A DNA stretch of 64,000 bases from assembly GCA_013239625.1 (NCBI GenBank), contig MU054323.1, positions 20,109,082 through 20,173,081 on the forward strand. Direction: 5' to 3'. Source of the DNA: Lama guanicoe. Lineage: Eukaryota. The notes below the pieces were generated by a model. The model did no database searches and was not told the DNA's origin. It worked only from the letters and a program-made list of their open reading frames with translations. Each line of letters opens with the position of its first letter. The stretch's first letter is position 1. The translations under genes and the position numbers were made by a program. This document shows positions 1 through 13,732 of the stretch, piece after piece.

Positions 1-3000
1 TTACATGTCGAAAATACTTTTTAATCCAGGTTCAGATTATTAACAATGAAAAGACATTCATCTTCTTCCTTACTTCCATGGACTTTATCAGGCCTGCATT
101 CACCAGGCACACAGAAATGTGAGTAACTGGAAAGACAATTTGACCATATACTTTGCAAAACAGAAGTGCTCTATTTTAAGGCAAGTATCTTTATCACATA
201 CATACATAGCAATTTACCCATTGGTGAACTTTATCATATGACAGTGCAATATTCAACAAAAAACTGAGGTATACCTTTACTTAACACAAATACAAATGTC
301 AGAAAGTGTAAAGACATTCTCCATGTGCTTAACATATTTTACCCATAATTAAATAGAGAACTCTTCTCAAAGTTCTTATATGTCCAGAAACATCCAAGAT
401 TCTGAATTCTAGAAAAGACATCAGAAATTAAATAAGCCAAAAATTTTACAATAAGGCTGTCCACATAAGGCTACCTTTGATGTAAGGCTACTACAGCTTG
501 GTCTGAAAATAGCAGAAATGTGCATCAAAATTCAAGCTATTCTGAATTAAAGAGAAAGGACTTGGTCTCATGAGGGACAGCGAGGTTTTATTGAGCAAAA
601 TTAAACTCAGGCATAGAGCGCAATTTAAAATACATCAAATTAAAAGTTTTCCTGTCATTTTTTAAACATAAAACTGAACTACTGTGATATAAAATGACTA
701 AAGGTATAAGGTGCTTTTTAGAGCAAAACAAACACACATTTACCTTTACATAAATAATTTAAGTGGAAAATAATCTGTATTTTGGTATGTATAATATATT
801 TTAAAATCTACATTCTGTGACCTTTACAAAAGTAGATCCATTCTTTACTTTCAAGTTAGAAACAGTATAACAGTTTATCTTTGGATATTTCCAGTCAGTG
901 GCTGTATAATAAAATGAGAGATACTATAAATCTAAGTCATAAGCCATTTGGTGCATTAACATGTTTAAGCCATCAGTTTTGGGTCCTAAAAGTGAAAAAT
1001 GATTGATACTACATAAAGTGGAAAAAATACACCTCAGATTTCTGCTCTAGTCCAAAAATTTACAGTGTCTAAGTATTTTTAATTAGAGGATAGTTTGACA
1101 GAATGACATTCAGTGAAAAAAATCTGATTACTAACTATATTCACATTAAAATGTTTTCCTTAAAATGCAAATAGACAGTATGCATTATGCCTGAATACAA
1201 AGGTAAACTAATGACAAGATAAATTTTTTTTAGTTTGAGAACTGCAGCACTCGTTTCCTCTGTCAAAGTCCCAGTGACACTAAAAGAAAAGATATTCTAA
1301 TTATTTTCACTTAATAATCTAATCAAGTGCTCTAGAAAAATATTGTTTTAAAGGGAAGTTCAGCAGGAATTGCTTATTAAATTTCGAAGTGAGGTTTTTT
1401 TTTTAAAAAAAAGGAAAACAAAATGGGATTCAAAAAACGTAGATTATGTAAGGGAATAAATAATAACAATAATGACAAACAATATCCAAAATTTGGAAAA
1501 TCTTGGAAAATTCAGGAGCAAACATTTTAGTAACCTCATTCTTGATAGCATATGACCAAAAGGAATTTAAGATTGATGGAGGAATGGAAGTTTCCATTGA
1601 AACAGGTATACACAGAGTAAACAGAAAGATCCACAACCTAAATTCCAGTTTCACAGTGATGTCAAGCATCATCCGGTTGTGTAATTTCCTCCTGATTCCT
1701 TCAGGAACAGGCACAAAGCACCCTCAAGTCTTCATTGGCATCAAATTCAGTTTTGCTCCTTTGCAAAACTGTACTGACACTAGTTAATATCAGGGGGTGG
1801 GGTTAAAGGAGCGGTAAGTGTACACACCAAGTTAAGTGCTCCTTCATTCGAAGGGAGCTAGAAATCTGCCTATTTAGTAATCAGTCCAATGTGCCACTGA
1901 CTTCACACACCCTCACTTCTGGAGACATCCACAAACCAGCAACAGCTTTTGCCCACGGAATGATTCACTCCTATAACTGTGGCTAATCAGCTACACACAG
2001 AGCTTTCTCCTTTGAGTGCATCAGACAAGGCCAATCACTAAGTACTTGCTACCGCCTTTTCATCACACCCAACTGGCAAAACGCCATAAACGTGATGGCC
2101 CAGGGTGCAGTTCTGTGCAGCGGCTAGAAGACGATATTATGGCACATCCAATAGCTCCTTCTCACGGAAACTGCCCTGCACACAGCAACAGCCCACCTCA
2201 AAAATACTGTTTTCCCTGAGCTCGGAAAACCACTCCCCAACCCTGGGTGGTGATAAGGCTAAGCCAATGCCACGCTGGAATTTGAATAGGGGGAAAAGAA
2301 GAGACTCAATCAGTGGAAGCCAACAAGTGGAGAAGGTACTGGAGAGGTACAGAGATGCCACACTGCTGGGAGTAATGCCAACCCTGAAAGGTGGGAGGGG
2401 AGACTACAGAACCACCAGACTCGATCATGGAGCTGCTGCCACAACTCTACAATTAACGCCCATTACCTCCGGAGACCTGCACGTTCCCTGTATATATTAC
2501 TAGTTGTAGTTTTTTTTTTCTCTCATTAAATTTTCATTTTTAGGATGACCAACTAGGGTCAGAGATTTATTTTCAGAATACTTAATAAAAGTATTAAACA
2601 AAAATAAAATAATTCTGAAACATTAGTATATTATTTCTCATGAAAAAGTTGCCATCATTTTCATTACCTTGTAAGTTCTAGGAATTGTGGCTATTATTCA
2701 AGCATTCAATGACTGTAGGACTGGGAATCCTACTATTTCTAAGAACAGTTGTTAAGAGTAGTGCTGAACACTTTAGTAGGAAAGTACACCTCTCTTTGAA
2801 ACCTTTTTTCTCTAAACATCCCTGGTAAATATGCAACATTACAGATGTAGCATGCCCAAAATCTTGGATCATTACTCCATTAGGTTTGATATTCACATGT
2901 GCATTGAAGATTATTAACATTCACCCAGCACATTCATGAGATTTATTAAAAATGTAGTCATTAACCAAAGAAGCATCTGTACAAAATTAGAGAACTGTAA

Positions 3001-3072
3001 GTATTCAGTCACACATTACACCAACAATACAACTGATGGAAAAAATGCCAGTGGGGCTCCATCTATTAAATT

Positions 3073-3216
3073 GGGAGGAGGGTATAGTTCAAGTGGTAGA
3101 GCGCGTGCCTGGCATGCACGAGGCCCTGGGTTCAATATCCAGTACCTCCTCTAAAAATAAGTAAGTAAATAAATCTAATTACTTCCCCCTCCAAGAAATT
3201 TAAAAAGCTAAAAAAA
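3073..3216 (+). mobile_element. tRNA-derived SINE (Vic-1-like, camelid)
   Basis: GGGTATAG(C/T)TCA..GTGGTAGAG...GGGTTCAAT A/B-box head, AT-rich middle, A tail. Confidence 0.85.
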
Positions 3217-3567
3217 TTTTTAAAGTTAGTCAGACTTGAAAATTTGACCTTGCAGGTGATCTTCCAAACCATCTGGGGAAGTGTTGTTTACAAATAACAT
3301 TGAAGTTTTCTCCAATTATTTCACGGACATAATTTCCTAGAGGAATTTCAGAATGATTATATTCATGGCAAGGGACTACATTAAACAATCTGGGTTTCAT
3401 AATTGTGTAAAGGAACATCAGAATAGGTCTTCTGAGCAGAACAGGAGGGTTTTTTTCAAAGGGCATCTGCCAGGGTGAGGCCAGCAGATGGTCATCTCTG
3501 TGTACCCCACAGGGCCCAGCACAGCAGTTAGGCAAAAGCTCATACTACGTGCAGACAAAGGATTTAA

Positions 3568-3623
3568 AATAATAATAATAATAATAATAGTAATAATAAC
3601 AATAATAATAATAATAATAATAA
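3568..3623. repeat. (AAT)n microsatellite
   Basis: Read directly from the sequence. Confidence 0.95.
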
Positions 3624-4254
3624 AAACTTTTCCTACAGCAATGCTGCAGGTTAATTAACTATCAAGTGTTGTTTTTGAGATGGCTTCTTCCCCTATCCCA
3701 GTAATTCAGTGATAACTTGCACTTCCTGGAAGTACTATGGAAATGTGCAGGAAACCCAATTCCAGGAGGCTCCAACAGGCTACTGGAGCTTTTCTGCCAA
3801 AGTAACCCCAAGACAAGTAAAAGAAGAAAACTGCAAGAGCTCTATCCCTGACTATTCAGGGAGATACAGTCCACCTTTAACCACACCCTCAGGCATTCTC
3901 CTTGTATTCCTAGAACATCTGATTGTGAGAAGCAAAAAGTCAGGTAATAAAGAGGCATTAAAATCAACCAACCAACAGAAACAAATTATCTCTCTTGCAT
4001 CTGGTGTCTCTGTATCTTCAGGCAAGTGAACACAAATTCAAATTAACTTGGTTTAATGAAGAGAATCAGTAACGGTCTTAGAAACCATGACATGTATATC
4101 AATTGAAGAACTGTAAAACCATCAACAAGCACTTCTATGGCTTCAACCTGATTAGTATCTTGTACAGATTTAGAAACTCTAAGAAAATTTATTTCCTGAC
4201 ACAGACGGTACAACAACTCCACTCACAACAAAATCTGTCCATCTCTTCATTAAA

Positions 4255-6800
4255 ACACATTGTTAGAATCCAGCACCCTTTTATCATAAAAACACTCAAT
4301 CCCTCAAGCTGATCAAGGGCATCTATGAAGAACCCACAGCTAACATTAATGGTGGGAGACTGGAAGTTTCCCCCCCAAGATCAGAAATAAGAAAAGGATG
4401 TCCATTCTCATCATTTCTATTTGACACTATACTAGCAGTTCTAGCCAGGGTAATTAGGCAAGACAAAGGAAAAAAAGGAAGTAAGAAGTAAAACTATCTC
4501 TCTTTGCAGATAACATGATCTTATGTATAGAAAATACTAAAGAATCCTCAAAAAACTACTAGAGTTAATAAATTCAACAAGGTTATAGGATACTAGATCA
4601 ATATATAAAAATCAGTTGTATATCTATACACCAGCAATGAACAATCTGAAAAAGAAATTAAGAACACAATTCCATTTATAATAGCACCAAAAAGAATAAA
4701 TACTTAAGGATAAATTAAATCAAAGAAGCATAAGACTTGTACACTGAAAACTATACAACATTGGGAGAAATTAAAGACTTAAGTAAACGGAGAGACATCC
4801 TACTTCCATGGTTGGAAGACTTAATATTGTTTTTGGTTTTTTAATATATATATATATTTATATTGAAGTACAGTCAGTTTATAATGTTGTGTCAATTTCT
4901 GATATACAGCATAATTCTTTAGTCATAAATGAACATACAGATTCATTTTCATATTCTTTTTCACCACAAGTTACAAGATATTGAATATAGTTCCCTGTGC
5001 TATACAGTATGAATTTGTTGTTTATCTATTTTATATACAGTAGTTAGTATCTGCAAATCTCAAGCTCCCAATTTGTCCCTCCCCACCCTCTTTCCCCCCA
5101 ATAACCATAAGTTTGTTTTCTATGTCTGTGAGTCTGTTTCTTTAATAGTGTTATGATGGAAAAACTTCCCTAATTTATCTACCGATTCAGTGTGATCTCT
5201 ACCAAAATTCCAACTTCCTTTTTTGTAGAAATGGATAAGCTGATTCTAAAATTTGTACGGAAATGCAAGAAGCTCAGCCAAAACAATCTTGTAAAAGAAG
5301 AGGAACTGATACTTCCTGACTTCCAAACTACAGTCTTCAGTGTGGTTTTGGCATAAGAACAGACATATAGATCAATGGAAAATAACTGAGAGTCCAGATA
5401 AACCCACACATCTGTGGTCATCCAGTTTTTGACAAGTATGCCAATACCTATTCAATAGTGGGGAAAAAATGGTCTTTTCAATATATGATACAGGGACAAA
5501 TACATATCCACCTCAAAAAGAATGAAGTGGACCCCTACCTCACACCAGATACAAAAATTAATTTAAAATGGATCAGAGATGTGAAAGTAAGAGCTAAAAC
5601 TATAAAACTTTTTAGAAGGAAACAGAGGAGTAAATTTTCATTACCTTAAATTTCTTAAGATACAATACCAAAAGCACAAGAGGTGAGAAAAAATAAATCG
5701 GACTACATCAAAAATTAAAACTTGTATGCTGAAAATATCATTAAGAAAATGAAAAGACAACCCCTTAGTTGGAGAGAAAATATCTGCAAATCATATATCT
5801 GATAAGAGTTCAGCATCCAAAATACATAAACTTCAACTAAAAAATTCAGTTAAAAAGTCCATTTTTTATATGCTTGTCAGTATCTAAACTGGAATTTGAC
5901 ACAACATTGTAAAATGACTATAACTCAATAAAAAATGTCTTAAAAAAAAGAATAAAGAAGAAATAAATGTATTTTCAATCAATCAAAAAAATCAATTTTT
6001 TTAAATGGGCAAAGAATTTGAATAGATCTTTCTTCTTAAAGGATATATAAATAATCAATAAGCACATGAAAAAATGCTCATCATCATTAGGAAATGCAAA
6101 TGAAAAATCACAATTAGATACTAACTCACACGAACTAGGATGGCTATCATGGGGGGAATAAAGAAGGAAAATAAGAATTGGGGAGGATGTGAGGAAACAG
6201 AAATCCTCATACAGTGCCAGTGGGAATGTTAAATTGTTCACCTGCTTTGGAAAACAGTAGGATAGTTCCTCAAAAAGTTTCATTCTTAAGTATATAACAA
6301 GGGAATGCAAAATGTATGTTCACACAAAAACTTGTACATGTATGTTCATAACAGCATTGTTCTTAACAGCCAAAAAGTAGAAACAGCCCAAATGTCCATC
6401 AAAAAAGAAATGGATAAACAAAATGTGGTATATCCATACAGAAGAATATTATTTAGCAATACAAAAAATGAAGTATTGATACATGCTACAACATGGATGA
6501 ACTATGAAAACAGTGTGCCAACTGGAAGAAGGCAGACACAATGGCCATGTTTCCATTTATACAAAATATCCAGAACAGGCAAATCCATAGAGCCAGAAAG
6601 CAGATTAGTGCTACCAGGAGATGGGTAAGGGAGGAATGGGGAGTTACTGCAAATGAGTATGGAATAAATGAAAATGCTCTAGAATTAGAACACTTAGTGG
6701 TGATGGTTGCATAGCTCTGTGAATATGCTAAAAAAACACAGAATTATATACTTTAAAATGAGATATTTTATGACATGTGAATTATATCACAATTTCTAAA
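4255..6800 (+). mobile_element. Old L1 (L1M-type) ORF2 3' part and 3'UTR, with nested younger L1 ends
   Basis: Degenerate ORF2 motifs (DPYLTPDTKINLKWI, IHATTWMN) and an L1 3'UTR ending in an A-rich tail. Confidence 0.88.
4832..5141 (-). mobile_element. Younger L1 3' end nested in the older L1
   Basis: Antisense L1 3'UTR with TSD TTAATA(T/G)TGTT at 4821 and 5142. Confidence 0.85.
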
Positions 6801-7361
6801 AAACAAACAACAACAACAACAAAAACCCAACACATTGTTAGGACCACCTCATATTTATTTAGTTCCACATTTTAACTCCCCTAACTAACCTTCCAAAATA
6901 GCCTGATGCTTATTAACAAAATCACAATGCTAACAACTGATTGATCAGTTTAGTCAAATATCCAGTAACTATTTCTTACCTGTTTTCCTAGTCACTCACT
7001 TGCCTCTTGGCATGGTAAAGACATGCTTAACCTCACTTGTGTGGGTTTTAAACAGAATAGGACATGAACTATTAAACTGAAAGAAGTAAAAGAAGAAAAC
7101 ATTTAGAACAGAAAACCAGAAGAAGGTATAAATCCTTTCAAGTCCAGTGACCCCTGAGAAAATTTTTAAGGGATCATGAAATCACATGCTTTTATTGACT
7201 GACAAAAATCCTCATTAAGTCAAATGTTTTAATTCCTCAAATTTGATTTCACAACTAGCAGCTTTTCAATAATTTGATGATTCTGATCTCTGTGCAAGTA
7301 TGCCATTCACAAGAGACCTCATTCTTACATATACGAAAAGAAATCTAAAAAACATACCTCA

Positions 7362-8214
7362 TGCTGTTGGATCTAGAAGGTGAATTTTTTATGTATATAT
7401 AGACGTATATCTATGTAAATTGTCCAGCTGAGGCAGGGCCTTCAGCTATCATTTGGTTAATAAATACATTTTAGTATTTGCATTTCCTGCTGCCTGCACA
7501 GTTTCAGGTGCTTGTCGTGTGAAAGTTCTGTAGATGTGTGCAAATTTAACAAAATGAAATTATATGTGTAAAAATGTATGATTTTCACTTGTGAAACTAA
7601 ATTATAAATAAAAAGATATTTTTGCTATTCATGGAGTGTAATATTTATGCATACCATCAAAGACAGTGTTTCTGTACTTTTTATTGGGTGAAAAATGGAA
7701 TTAAACAGCAACTTCAACATAAGGTTTTTTTCTAGTGGCTTCCCTTGATTAAAGAAGCGAAGTCTGAGTTTCATCCTTCAAAAGGGGGTTGTGAGAGCAC
7801 TGGAGGACTTTTCTCAAATTGAAAAGCCAGATTTGAAAAAAATTTTAAAACAAAATAGGACATATTTGCATATATCTATCTCCAACTATAGAGAATCATC
7901 CAGATGTCCATTTTTGAAAAGTACCTAATAAAGCAACTTTTATTGAACTTGGACACTGATGCCATCAAATGATTAACAAATATATTTAAGTACTAACGGT
8001 GATTTTTTTTAAATGACATTTTTCAAATTTATCAAATGATTTAATGCAGATGAACATACTTCTATTTTAAGTTACAGGGGGATCTGTAAGAATGTTAATT
8101 TGAAACATGGTTAATCTTTTTTCCTTTGTTGGTTTTGATTGAATTAGATGGATGCCATGAGATGTTAATATTCATACAAGTAATAAATAGAATGATGAAG
8201 AAAAAATAAAAAAC
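7362..8214 (+). pseudogene. 5'-truncated processed retrocopy of an unidentified mRNA 3'UTR
   Basis: AATAAA at 8182-8187, A-tail from 8201, and a 15-bp target-site duplication AAAAAACATACCTCA (7347-7361) / AAAAAACATAGCTCA (8215-8229). The insert is not a repeat I recognise. Confidence 0.75.
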
Positions 8215-10306
8215 AAAAAACATAGCTCAAGGGATAATAACGCAACAGAAGGATGACCCACAGGTTCAAAGGATTCCCTCAGTAAATTCCTGTACACATC
8301 CACTATTGTGTATATGAAATGAGATAAAGTTTATAAAACTTTTTTTATACAAATGTTTGGAAACCGATTTATTATAAAAAGTGGATGCACCTAATAATTT
8401 CTTGCATGCTACAGTCTCCCTATATTGTCTTGCACTGCAGCAAAGAAAAATGCATAAATAAAAACTGTATTTAAGAAAACCAAACATACACATACTAAAT
8501 TTCTTTCTGACCTTTTTAAACTGAGTTAACTGGAAGAGCTAATTAAAGGTGATCTCCCTTACGTTAAGCCAAAGCTTTCAAGGGGACCATAACCATTATT
8601 CTAATTTTAAAATTATACTACTTATATAATTCGTATTACTTATTCAAAAAAAACCTGTCCAAAGAAAAAGATTGCTGAATGAATAACAATACAGATAAGA
8701 AGTTAGGCAGTTTATCTCAATGCAGAAAAATCTAAACTTTACACTTCTGTCCAATGAACAAAAATAAACAACCTTTCACATGGACCTGAAAGCTAAGCCT
8801 TACGCTGACTTCATGATTTTGCATTTTACTTCCAAATGTTTCATATGAAAGAGCAGCTATGGCTTTAAAAAATGAGAAAAAAATATGCATAGCTATGCTC
8901 CCCTGCCACACATACACTTCTCTTACATCAGAGTCGAGGATTTATAACTCAAGTACTGCTCTCCACAAAAGAAGTAAAATTCTCCTGCCCTCTGAAGTAT
9001 AGAAAAGGAAAGCTTGGAATTCCACTAGAGCTGCAAGATCAAGCTTGTAAAATACAGTTAAAAAGCAATATGTTAAGTTGAACAAATCACTATTTTACTA
9101 CAGCAAAAACACCTGCCATTACTTATACTTCTTTAATGTAAAAAAAAAAAAGACACTTTATAACAATGCATACAACAAATAGCCTCAACTCTGTCATGGG
9201 CAGAATTACAGAATTATTTCAAAACAATCAAAATAATTGCAGGCTGGGGGGAAAAAATCCTACCCAATACAAAATTATAGGAAATTTTAGTTTTAGTTTT
9301 AATACAGTGTTGCATAAATAAAGTAAGAGTAGTGTTTAGGACATAAATGACATAGTATTATTACTCAGTCCTGGTAGGTGAACTCCAAATAATGTATCTT
9401 CCCTCTAGCTTTCGTCCACTAAGCGTGACTTATGCTTTCACTCTATATTTGGTCTAGTGTTGATATTTTTAAATATAAATCAAAAGCACTCTCACCAAAG
9501 CTATGTAAAATTAATATGTTTAAATTACAGCACAAATGCAGATTATCCAGTTCAATACACTAAGAAATAATAAACTGACAATTGAGCTACGCCTATAGTC
9601 AAAAGTTGAAGTGCTTATTGGGAATGTCTGGGAGAACTAGAAAAATCTGAAAGTTTAGGCATAAGTGGGGCATTGTTAAAAGAAAAAAAAGTTAATGACA
9701 GAATGGGACAATACAATCATGCTTTCTGATGACATTTCACAAGACTGTGGAAGGCTCCACAACACGGGGCAGCAAGTTATTAGTTTACTTTCAGGGGCAG
9801 AACTGATACGCCCAGTCCTCTGAGGACAGATGGGTCTGGAAAGGCAGGAAGCAAAACACCATATGAACACATGCTGAACAAACAGAGAAGTGTGATGCCA
9901 CCTTCCCTGACCAAAACGGAACTTTTCCAGAACATTCCATTAAAGCATCACCCCATGTTTCTTCCTCTTCAGCTATGATATTTCTCAACCTGGCAATGGT
10001 AAACTATGAAATAACTGCACTTATTTGTGTATATGTGAATGGCTGTACAACCATGAAGTTCTACAATTTAAAAACTCTCTTGAAAATTTGAGTCCCTATA
10101 CACTGGTCGCAAGTCCTCCTTCCTGACATCTGGAGCATCTAAAAGCAATATCCAATTTTTATTTGTCCTATAAAAAGGGACCCCAACGCCCCAAAGAAAA
10201 TGTTTTTAAGAGAAGTCCTTGCCTTCTGATGTTACCAAAAAAAAAAAAAAGTATGTCCAATGAGTACTGAATCAAAAGCCTGAAAACCAGGTTTTTGGTT
10301 GGTCAC

Positions 10307-10421
10307 TAGCGTGACCAACTATCCCAGTTCACCTGAGACTAAGGGATTTCCCAGGATGGAGGTGTGTTTAGTGCCAAAGCCAAGAAAGTCCCAGGCAAAC
10401 CAGGACAAGTTGGTCTCCCTA
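10307..10421. mobile_element. MER81-like hAT MITE
   Basis: 115 bp with TIRs TAGCGTGACCAAC / GTTGGTCTCCCTA. Confidence 0.75.
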
Positions 10422-11829
10422 TGTGTGACAATGGCTAAATCACAATCCACGTTTGGACAGGATAAAAGACATAGGAAGGGACAAGGTAGACAGAAGGTCT
10501 TGAGGACCTTTCAGTTGTAATTTATGATTACCCTATGAATATTTATACCATACTTGATTGGAATGTATATTGCATACCATAAGTGAATGTACATTTATGT
10601 AAGGTCAAAGGACTCTGGAAGTATTTTGTTAAGCTATGCGTTGTTTGGGGTCATATAAGCTTAAGAGTAAAACAGGGCTAGGTGTTTTCAGGTTCTTCTA
10701 TTTTTCATTTCTATAGTAAAGGGGAAAAATAAGCTGCTTCTAGAAAATATCAAGCCAACAGAGAAAATTCTTTCAATACCAACATCCAACCTAATCCTCT
10801 CTCTCCTCCTCTTAGATTTAAGTGGATACCTAAGACATCTGGACACAAGTTTAAAAACAGGAAGCATTACTTTGATGTACTGACAGTCACCATGAAAAAA
10901 GATATTTCTACATTTTTAAGAAAGTAAGAACTCAGAAATGTGTGCTTACGAGAAACCACAAAACCCAAGAGCAAAGCAAATGCAGATGCTGCAACCAGCA
11001 ATAACAAAAGAATCATTAAAGAAAAAAGATAGAGAAGGCCTTGAATTGTTAGAGTATGTTCACTTTCAGATATGCTCCCTAATCTTGGATATTTAATCCT
11101 GAAAAATTCCAGTGTAGAGGATACAAAACAAATTATATAGAAGATAAGTCACATAAGCTCAGGTGCAGTAAAATCAGAACAAGCATTTGGGCTTTCCTCA
11201 TTGTGTATCCTAATTTAAGATAATATCTGACTTACTGGTACCAGTAATATAGGTCCTAATGAAAGCATTGCTGCCCGAAAGACTGACTTATGAGAAATCT
11301 CTAAAAGTGCAACTAAGAAAGAAGTCCCACTCAATCATTATTTTTTAAGGCAGTAACATTCAAGGAAAGTTAAAAGAAAATGCCTTTGTTCCTAAAAAAA
11401 GCTCTAACATCCATGATATATATTTTTTCACTCATGAACTGTTCTATCAGGTCTCATCATCATCCTTAGTACATGGGTGGCTGAACCGCCATGAGCATTG
11501 ACCCAACTTGCTCCTTTATGAGACGTGGCCCTATGAAAAGTCTGGCATCACCAACAAGAGACGTCTTACTAGTTACTTAAGGGCAGCCTCAAGGTCTTCT
11601 TGTATATTCACACGTGTGGCTCTATGCCTATACATACAGGTAGACACTTCTCTTTGTCTCTTTGCACAGCAGTTCCTTTTCCCAGATCAGTCAACAGTTT
11701 GCACCCAAGTCTATCACACATGCTGTGGGGATATGAAGGTGTGCATGAGAGAGAGGGTCCCAGCCCTCGGAGGAGTTATAATTTACTTGGGGAGACAAGA
11801 CATTCTCATGAAGAGTTCTTAGTGCCAGC

Positions 11830-13732
11830 AAAATTGATGGTTTTCTTATTTTTATTAGTAATATGGGGGTGCTATCACCTGCCTATTATTTGCATAAATC
11901 ACAAAGCCTTAATCAAAATAGGTAAGAAAAAATAAATCCATGCTATTTATTTCAAATATATTAAAATACAATAAATATACAATAAATAACACAGTTTGAG
12001 TATGTAATAAGTAACATACCAGTATGCAAGATGCATTAGGCTAGATGGGGTGAGAGTCTTAACGGCCAAAATATCACCAAACTCAGGAAAGGAAATCAGA
12101 GAAAAGGAACGATTTTGCTATTATTACCTCAGCAAGGGCAACAGCCAAGGAGTGTGGCTTCTCAGGCTTTTCTCAAAACCCAGAGGTGTGTTAAGAACAA
12201 ACTGCTGGGCTAGGTTCCAAGGGATCCAGGTCTCAGCCCCAATTCCTTCTCAACCATATCCTCTCTTGCCCTGGTCTTCTACCTGTACTAGCTGAGGTCT
12301 GAACTAGATGATGGCTAATATTCCTTTAATGAACACTTCTGGTAACCCTTCCTTCGACAAATAAATACAGCTTGGTCTCCTTTCCATCTGCTCTCTTCAC
12401 CCCTCCACCCCTGCCAAATTACAATGTATGACATTACTCACAAATCTATGACTTTAATTTTTTGTGTTTATACACTGATGACTTTATGGCAACTGGTTAA
12501 CAAAGCAAAATCCTAATTCAGATTGCTAAAATTGAGCACTAAACAATCATCAGTTTTACATTATCTAGTCCTAATAACTTAGCCAGATTAGTGTGGCATA
12601 CTGCTCAATATTGTTACAAGAAGTTTTGGCATAGCTATAACTGACAGTGGTAAAGATCGGATAAAATAATTATATATTTGTTGCTTTTAGCTGGCTTAAA
12701 ATTGGCTTGGCTACACAGCAACGAAGAGTAAAGAAATACTGTCTTTTTTTAGGACAATCCAGTGACAACACCCAAGTAAGACTTTGGTATAAAACAGCTA
12801 CATAAAGATCCTTTCATCTAGTAAGTCTTATTAAACCCATGGTGTTTGGAAGAAAAAATTAAGAGCAGAAGAAGATAAATATGGGTTGTAATATCAAGCT
12901 ATTTGTATTATCATTTTAATGTTGGAAATCTTGTTTGGACATCTGACAGAACAATTATCACATAGTAACAGCAATGAATTCAAATAAAATGAACTCCAAT
13001 GAAATGCTCAACAACACAATAATCTTCTGAGTCATTTCAGGACAGAAGTAAAAGAAATCCAAAATGGAAAAGAAAGAATGTACTCAAGTATCCATGAAGC
13101 TGTATGATAAGGTGAATAATAGGCACAAAAGTAAACCAGATAATTGAGAAATATGCTGGAGAAATTTTTCAAATACTGTTCTTGCTTGTGTCTGCTAGCT
13201 CCATTATACAGTTTAAAATTTGGCCAAATTTTTAAAGTATTTGTTAAACAGTTCCTGCATCTGACATATGTTTCCAGGATACTACTGACATTGATATGAG
13301 AGATTATAAAACATTTAGAAATGAAAATGTTACTCTCCAGCAAAAAAAATAACACTATAACTTCCAAGCTTCTTCTGCATTCACAAGATGGAAAAACACT
13401 TGGAAAATAGTAGCTTTCAGTTTTAAAATGTTCAAATCATACACTTCAAAACAAACACAAACGTGTAATTGTTTGAGGCAAGGAGGAGACGAGTCTAGAC
13501 AAAATAAGATCGTAAAATCTACTCTAGGAGTCATCACTTCTCCTTTGCGGTTGCAATTCTATTTACTCCATAGTAAGTACATTGTGTTATCCCTTCAGCT
13601 GGGAAGGACAATTTTCACTCTACCACGACGATGTCGGTACCACTGCAGTGTTCACCCAGCAAGAAACGCATGAATATGAAGTAGCGTCAACTCTATCAGA
13701 AGAAGTGTATGCAAGAATTGATTTGTAATGGA
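11830..13732 (-). other. KCNG3: KCNG3 3'UTR (3' end approximate)
   Basis: AT-rich, repeat-poor sequence after the stop. Minus-strand AATAAA at 11951-11946 and 11856-11851, with a U-rich tract downstream of the first. UUAUUUAUU nonamer at 11989-11981. Confidence 0.5.

Noticed and set aside
1430..2503. Short ORFs of 67-132 aa at the window start
   Set aside because: No recognisable protein similarity and no supporting exon structure.
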